This document shows, in pieces, positions 56,380-64,000 of a stretch of DNA of 64,000 nt (its first letter is position 1; each line of letters opens with the position of its first letter). The notes below the pieces were generated by a model. The model did not search any database. It was not told where the DNA came from and saw nothing but the letters and a program-made list of their open reading frames with translations. Where the stretch lies: the NCBI RefSeq assembly GCF_006345805.1, contig NC_043001.1:63674001-63738000 (forward strand), in the 5' to 3' direction. The translations under genes and the position numbers were made by a program. Source of the stretch: Octopus sinensis (Eukaryota).

Positions 56380-56940
56380 TCTACATCCCTTGTCATCAGT
56401 GATGGATATTACAAATATCTTGGATTTGGCAAGAAAATTGCGTACGTTCGTGCTATGAATAAAGCTAGAGTGACAAAAGAATATTAGTATAATGTCGATA
56501 CGGTGTCCAAATCTGGCACTTACCCAAAGTAGTACCCAGCGAAACTATTCAATACCTGTCAGTAAAAAGATGCGAGTTTTTGTTTGCACGCCATTGTGAA
56601 GTTGATCGTTGTTTTGTGGCCTATACACATCCAGTAGCAGACTTCCCTGCTTCTGCAGCAGTTACTGTAGATTTAGACACTCAAGCATTTGAATTTTCTG
56701 ATCAACTCGATTAATTGAATCACTAAGCGTTCATTGGAGCTTAATCATTGTCTTGAGTTTGTCTGTATTCGTGTCTTTTACTTAGAGCAACAGATCTTCA
56801 CACTCGTTACAGTTGGTTGAAAACTAGTCTTCATTCGTTAGAAATAGCAATAACAGGGTACCATCAGTGTATCGCAGCGTACTGATTCATTTACCACTGA
56901 TCAGCACATCACTGACATGGTCTTCCAGGGCATTCTCATC
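56380..56940 (-). pseudogene. Decayed RTE-clade LINE RT fragment
   Basis: ISGK*ISTLRYTDGTLLL resembles IGGRNINNLRYADDTVLL. Confidence 0.5.
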
Positions 56941-57319
56941 CCTGTTTCTCTAGATACATTGTACCAATCCGTCTTTTCCTATGACGACTCAGTCCCTGCT
57001 ACCGCTATGTTTTCTCTTTGTACAGGTTAAATACTCTCTCTAATTCGATTTTTGCCTAAATTAATTTAATTCAATGTCTTATAAAAACGTGTGCGTGTGT
57101 AATGTTCATAAATTAAACGCATGGTTCCGGAATATCTGGAAAATTGTAAAACGATTCTGCAACAAAACTACCTTGACGTAAGCCCAGCTCCAAGACCAGA
57201 TGGCCTTCCAGTTCTCTTATTAAACCCTTATGCCTATTTAGTAGCGAGTAGACTTCCGCCAATGCTGAAAAGTGAGATAAATAGGAAACACAGAAGAAAG
57301 GCAGAAGAACATTGACAAT

Positions 57320-57462
57320 CAACTATACACCCTTATCATTATGCACTCAACTATACATCGATATCATTATATAGTTAAATATACACTCTATCACTATGTC
57401 GTCAACCATCAGTATGCACTCAGTCACACACCTTTACCATTATATTATCAACTATACACTGC
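57320..57462. repeat. Degenerate ~28-bp tandem repeat
   Basis: CAACTATACAC..TATCATTAT-like units. Confidence 0.6.
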
Positions 57463-57519
57463 TACATATATGTGTGTGTGTATTTCTGTTCGTGTGTACG
57501 TTTGTGTGTGAGTGTGTCG

Positions 57520-57566
<47 letters not shown>

Positions 57567-58196
57567 CGTGCGGGCATATATATGAGCATATTTATATGCA
57601 GATACATATAGATGTGTCGAAAGCACAATGGTTTGCAATAGAGCAGCTGATGATGGGGTGTCTATGTATATTTCGACATAATTTTTATCGTAATATTCCT
57701 ATAGTTATTTATACGTCCCATTTTTGGTTCATATTTTTTAGCGTATTTTAATATTCTCCAAAATGTTGATGTTATCCCCTATTAAAGTTTTAGTTGTTTA
57801 CAGTTTCCAATGTCTGCAATAAGACTAGGGCTAGTTTAATTCTTTCCATTGCCCCTTATTTTTATGCTAAGGTTTATAAGGATCTAAGGCATTTAATTGG
57901 ATTTAGTTCAGAATTTTAGATTATTAGACACATCAGAAATTGAGTGATTTACAGGGCATACTGAGTTAGATATTAACCAGGAATTACGTTATAATGGATT
58001 TCTGACATATATGTATGCATGTGTATGCATGTGCACGCGCGTGTATATATGTGTGTGTGTGCGCGCGTGTGCGTGCGTTTGTGTATGCTTCGCTCTATTT
58101 CTTTGTAACTGTTCCATTCTTTTAAACCCTTTCCTGTTTTCGTCTCCCTCACTCCACACTCATTTTGAATTGACATGCATAGAAATAGATTCTCAC

Positions 58197-58244
<48 letters not shown>

Positions 58245-59824
58245 ACACACACACACACTGCCCCCTCTCTTTGTAACTCTCTCTTTCACTCACTCTCTCT
58301 CTCTGACTCTCTTATTTCTCTCTCTCCCCTCTCTCTCTCCTCCCTCTCTCCCCCCCTCTCTCTCTCTCTCGATAAATAAATACATAGAAAGGAAGAAGTT
58401 AAGAATAGCAGATAGAAAGAAAGAACAAATGTAAGAAAGAAGCTACTAAATTCTATGCAGCCCTAATAAATGCCAAATGTTAGCACGTGCTAGTGTTTAT
58501 ATTGCAATTAACTGATTCACCGTGCATCTTACTAGTGTTTAAGAGGGACCAGTTCCTTTCTCAATCTGAAATCACTCTCATCGTGCCCGCTTCACCTGCT
58601 TGGTATAACCAACGTAGCTAATTCTCCCTCAAATATTAAATCCTCTAGTCTTTAAAACAAAAACATAAAGCACTGGATAAGGTAGTTTATTACACACTGT
58701 TTGAATATAATATGGAAATGTCACAGCTAGAATGTCTTTCATCATAGGTTTGATCGATCAAAGCCGACTCAGGCATTAACAACAACAGCAACAACAACCT
58801 AGGTCAATAAACATGTTCGATCGCTACAATAACCATTAACTGATTGGTAAATCAGCTGCCAACCACTACATACTGAGTGTATTACACACTCAGAGTATTA
58901 TTGAAATAGTGGGGACAACGTTGAGGGGATATGTGTTCAAGATTGATTTATCGTCCCAGTTATCGTTAAATGGTTTAACATTAGTTATTGGTAGAGTAGC
59001 TGAGTCGTTAGGGCACTGGACAGACAGCGGTATTTGTTTCTACTTTCCTTCGACGCTAACTTTACTATTAATTTTTTTTAGTCAATAAATAAGGAACTAA
59101 TCCAGAACGGTGGATTGGCGGGCGAGTCAGACAAAATACCTTGTAGGTTTTTGGACCAATTTTATGTGCCCTCGCGGTTAAAAACACCTGCGACAACATT
59201 GTTGTGAAATTATATTATTAGTTGGATTAAACCCAAAATTAACATCAGTGACGTAGAGAGAGGAAATTTTGTGTCTGGAGGACTTCAGGCCTTCCTTAAA
59301 TCAATATTGAGGAGGAACTTTCCATAAATATATCCAAAATCTCATGAAACTAACTGAGGCCTTTCGTCCTTCGTGGGATGTATAAATCAGAGCGTCAGTC
59401 AAGTACAGTGGTCAATTTAATAGTTTGTAATCTACCCCAACGAAAAATGTAGTTTTGAGTCTGTTAGAAATTAATATTCTACAAATGCAATTTAACCGTT
59501 TGTCAACTTTCAAACAGTTGGTGTAACTAAGTTAACTGTATTATATATAGTTTACTGTTTATTACTGTATTATAGTAAGACCTTAAAACTGAGTTATCAT
59601 ACTATAACATTATCGTATCACAACATTACATTAATACAGTATAACGTTATTAATTCAGTGATATATTAATGCATTAACACAGTTAATGTATTAATTCATA
59701 GTGACTTGGGAGGACGGGCTTGACAATTTCTCACTAACTAAACAAAGCCAAAATCAGGACTTGGTTAATGAGGTTTTTGTCAATGGCGCCCAGCTTCAGT
59801 CCCTATTGAAGTCAACTGCTGTTT

Positions 59825-60091
59825 TCATCACTAGCTAGCCACTTACACCATCTAATTAATAGAAAAATACAATATAGACTTTCCTGGGCTATAATAGATT
59901 CTGGTATAGCCCAGGAAAGTCCAGCACTCCATTTGTGGACTCTACTTAAAGAATCCCTCAAAATTTTAACCCATAACTCACCACAATTGCTTAATAAACA
60001 CAACGAAGCCTTCACAATGTGTAAACACAGATTCTTCCGCACTTTTAAATTATTTCATAAATCTAAATGTAAATTTAACACCCACATATAA
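59825..60091 (+). pseudogene. C-terminus of a PLE GIY-YIG endonuclease
   Basis: SSLASHLHHLINRKIQYRLSWAIID...LKESLKIL..LLNKHNEAFTMCKHR matches the PLE pattern LS..IW.LK...W.I...E...LLNKR.E...C.H. Confidence 0.7.
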
Positions 60092-60959
60092 ACCTCGATG
60101 ATCATTAAGATATACCTCTCTATATCTCTTCTATCAACCTTACCTCATCACTTTATAAGATAAATATTTATTCTTTAATTTATTTTAAAACCTTAACCTA
60201 ATAAATCCCCTAATACTTAACTCTAACTCCTACTCCTAAATAATTTAACATTCATCTAGTTTCTCCATTCACGACTACCTATACACCCATAACCCCATTG
60301 CTAAAATAACTCTACAGCCACTGACATTTTTTAAAGCGTTTACTACTAGATTTCCTCCCCAACCCCTATACACTAGAAGAATACCTATTTCTTTATTACC
60401 CACAAGGGGCTAAACACAGAGGGGACAAACAAGGACAGACATAGGTATTAAGTCGATTACATCGACCCCAGTGCGTTGGTACCGACAATTCTCTTTAAAT
60501 TCCCTTCATTTTGCTCTATTTTGTTTTTTACGTTATCTTCATTTACCTCCACCTAATCCCTCTTCTGGCTATCTTTGTACACTATTTTCTTAGACACTAT
60601 ATTTTTATATACCATATTTTATCCTTAACGCCAATCCTTAACTTCCTCCCTCACTCTATCTACCTCTCTTTCTTTCTATTTACTTATTTTCTTTTTACCA
60701 CTTAATGGCCACCTCCGCTACTATTCTGTAATTGAACGTTGATATGTTCGCATCTTTTTTCTAGATGTTTACAATATCAGAACTTCAACCTACATGGATT
60801 TACACAGGATTGCTCCTAAGGACTTATTTCTACAAGATCGGAAAGTTGAACTGTGAACTTTTGTGCTTCTTTTTTCTTCTCTTTCTTCATCTTATTCCTC
60901 CACTCCTACCATCTAAGTCGCCATTTCATTAATTTATACCCTTCTCATTTTCCCTATTT

Positions 60960-61015
60960 GTCTCCGATGACGGGAGATCCCATACTCTGGGATATTCCAG
61001 AAATAGCTGTAAGAC
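60960..61015 (+). ncRNA. Degenerate hammerhead (family G) in the PLE 3' region
   Basis: gtct-CCGATGA-(long stem II)-GAAAT-agct-GTA-agac; two deviations from consensus. Confidence 0.6.
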
Positions 61016-62527
61016 TTCGAAAAAGCTGCGCGCCATCCATTGAGAAGAGCCTCATCAACCGAGTCCTAATATTTGGCTTTGTTTAGTTAGTGAGAAATTT
61101 TCAAACCCGTCCTCCCAAGTCACTATGAATTCAGTCGTGATGATTGTTTTTGCAGTGCTGGATAGCAAGAACAAGTGTGGTCGGAGCGATGTTACTGCTA
61201 CCTCCGCTGGAAAGATGTGTCAACCCTTCAGAACCACATACATTTCCCAGTCAGAGGCTTGATATAGCATATTAATGCTTTGAATTGTTATGATGCTGTA
61301 TATCAATAATAAGGAACATTATAAAATGTACCAAACTGAGCAACGAAACTACTGATTGCATCGAGATCATACATTTTGGCTATCTTCTGTGTCAGAATCG
61401 GGCCTATAAGGTTCAGTTTTTTCACAATAAAATCTTCACCGTTCATTCCTAATATTCACAATTGTTTGAAATTTCAATTGTATTACACAATATGACTTAA
61501 ACTATTTAATCTAATCCAGTAGCTGAGTAAAAGTCTGCATTAACAAATTAATGAGATAATACTGAAATGTTATAACTCCAAGACGAATTTTACAGCCGTT
61601 TTCTGGCAGAAAATGCCATTAACTGTGTTGTTTCGATTTTCCTTTTCTTTCACTTCCACTTGAACTTGAACAAACAATCCAGAAATATGCGTATGAGTTT
61701 AAGTACATAAGTATGCAGACCTATATAATTGTGCATATACACATGTATATATATATATATGTGTGTGTGTGTATGCGCATGCGTATATCAATATACACTT
61801 CTTTCTTTCTTTCTCTGGTTCCTCAGCCCCCACTATCACATTAGCCAATACAATAAACACCTCCGTCTATTTTTAGAAACCTGACCATTATATCTTATTC
61901 TTCCCTTCCCTTTTGAGGTTTACTACCCCTGTACCATTTTCTGTACTCATCCCTCCACCTTAGTGACTTTCAAAATTATCACCCTACCTCCCACACCTCA
62001 CACATATTCAGTCCTTACATCCTTATCTCTTTCTATCCCTCCCCTACTCCTCTGCCATCCCCTCATAATATCTTGACCACCAACTAACACTACTTTTCTC
62101 ATTTTCTCTTCCTCTTTCTTTCTTCTTTCCTCACGTATTCCTTTTGACCATTCTCTTCATTTTAACACGCACATCTTTTTTCTCCTCTCTATCTACTTAA
62201 TACTACCACTACATTCTCAAAATTCAATTCCCACCAGAAGACCCCTTTGAATGAACAGCACATGGAATCTACGTCTCCACACTTTCCATTTGTAATGACA
62301 AAACATGAAGTCCTATCGGAATTTACATACCATGGACCAGAAGCATTTCTACCACTTCTACACACCACTTTCCTTAGATAATGGAGCTGCAACTATAACA
62401 TCCCACATATGTTTTTATTTTTACTTTTATTTTCTCATTTCCCTTTATACTTTTTATTTCCATCCTTTTCCAAAATAACTCCGTATATTGAACTCTACTA
62501 TTTCCCTCTATTTAACCATTTCACCTT

Positions 62528-62575
62528 GTCTCTGATGAAGGAATATCCCTAATATCCCAGAAACAGCTGTAAGAC
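62528..62575 (+). ncRNA. Type I hammerhead ribozyme (family G)
   Basis: gtct-CTGATGA-aggaatatccctaatatccca-GAAAC-agct-GTA-agac; palindromic ACAGCTGT. Confidence 0.8.
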
Positions 62576-64000
62576 TAACTTGCTCTTTATAAATGTACTG
62601 AAAATTTCACACAACCTTGGCTTTGTTGTGTCATTTTATTTAACATATACATGCTCATACAAGACCCACATTAGACTCTTCACTCGTATTACTATCGAAC
62701 CGAGAGTTTAACTACGGTCCTTCCATAGCACTTACATAGCCTTACCTGCCACCTTGGATCTTCTGGATATTAATACTTCTCATACCTTTGCTATATCTCC
62801 ATATTATAATTCTGAAATTCAAAAAGATTGTTTGTCTGGTTTTGGCATTGAGAGCGTGTTAAAGGCCACTAGATCCCGTCGGATTGACTCCAAAATTTAC
62901 AGGGACATGTAAAATGAGGTGAGGGTGCGAGTGGGCTAGGTTAGAAATCCCCATCTTAAAAGGTATCGTTGCTAGGGCCAAAAACGCACACTTTAACAAG
63001 TCTACTCCCATTCTTTTATGTGTCTGTCCTTCTCCATCTCTCTCTTTCCTCCCTTCCTTTCACCTTCTCTCTATAATGTCGTTTGACAGCGTCTATTATC
63101 TTTCCCCCGCCGCCATCGCATTCTATTATCTGCCTGTCTTCCTCCATCTCTCTCTCTTTTTCCTCCCTTCCTTTCACTTTCTCTCTATAACGTCGTTTGA
63201 TAGCGTCTACTATCTTTCCTCCGCCGCTTCGTCAGCGCTGTCACTCTCTCTCTCTCTACGTCTGTCTGCATTCATAGAGAGAATTATCATCGCCACCACC
63301 ACCACCACCACACAATCATGAGAATCTTTCTCTTAAAACAAATCATCTTTAGGTTTCAAAATATTTCATTTTTCAGTCCTCTCTTTCATATATCACCTTT
63401 TCTTCCTCGATCTCTCTTTTTTCCCCCTTCCCTCTACTTTCTCTCTATATAAAGACGTTTGACACCTCCGCCGTCTCTCTTTCTTCTCCAACGCGTCTCT
63501 CAATGTATTTCTGTTTGTAACTATAAAGACGAAACGTGACAGCCGCAAAAGTTTAAATATTCCCACCACAGGTCTTTCAGAAAGGTGAATTATTATCTCC
63601 CACCACCACCGCACAATTATAACAGATATTATTTATCAGAAGATATGTTGTTATTTTGCGTGGATAAAAGATTTAAAGAATTTATTTGTATGCTCAAGGT
63701 GACCGTCGTTAACAAAAATTTGTCGGTAAATTTGAAAAATTTTCCAGTTTTGAAATATTTACTTCTTAACTTCATTCGTTTTCTCATTGTAAACCAAATC
63801 ATCTTTAGGTTTCAAGATATTTTATTTTTCAGTCCTCTCTTTCATATATCACCTTTTCTTCCTCTCTCTCTCTCTCTCTTTTCCCCCTTCCCTCTACTTT
63901 CTTTCTATAACTACGTTTGACAGCTTCACCGTCTCTCTGTTACTCTTTCTTCCAAAATTTACAGGGACATGTAAAATGAGGTGAGGATGTGGGTGGGCTA

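Larger units (their letters stand above)
59693..61131 (+). mobile_element. 5'-truncated Penelope-like element with inverted pseudo-LTR ends
   Basis: 59693-59796 is the reverse complement of ~61023-61131. Contains a GIY-YIG C-terminus and an HHR; SINE fragment at ~60385-60476. Confidence 0.75.

Overview
Eukaryotic, very AT- and microsatellite-rich DNA. The SINE/LINE repertoire and (TA)n/(TAA)n load suggest an octopus or other coleoid cephalopod (inference). Host coding content is sparse: an intronless, internally shortened tropomyosin-like gene (51331-51855, -) and a probable terminal exon (12371-13122, +). The rest is mostly transposon debris: R4/Dong-type RLE LINEs, Tx1/L1, CR1, RTE, Penelope-like elements (PLE), tRNA-SINEs, a Tc1/mariner remnant and MITEs. 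The main signal missed by the ORF track is about 15 type I hammerhead ribozyme (HHR) motifs in at least 7 sequence families. Most sit in short non-coding elements inserted in (TA)n tracts, as 1.4-1.5x tandem monomers of about 490-525 nt or as inverted pairs. Several have unusually enlarged stem II domains, and one family shows compensatory stem I changes. This looks like a TA-targeted retrozyme / PLE pseudo-LTR system that may produce circular RNAs. All structures were read by eye, coordinates may be off by a few bases, and the 29-41 kb TA-rich block may contain assembly artefacts.
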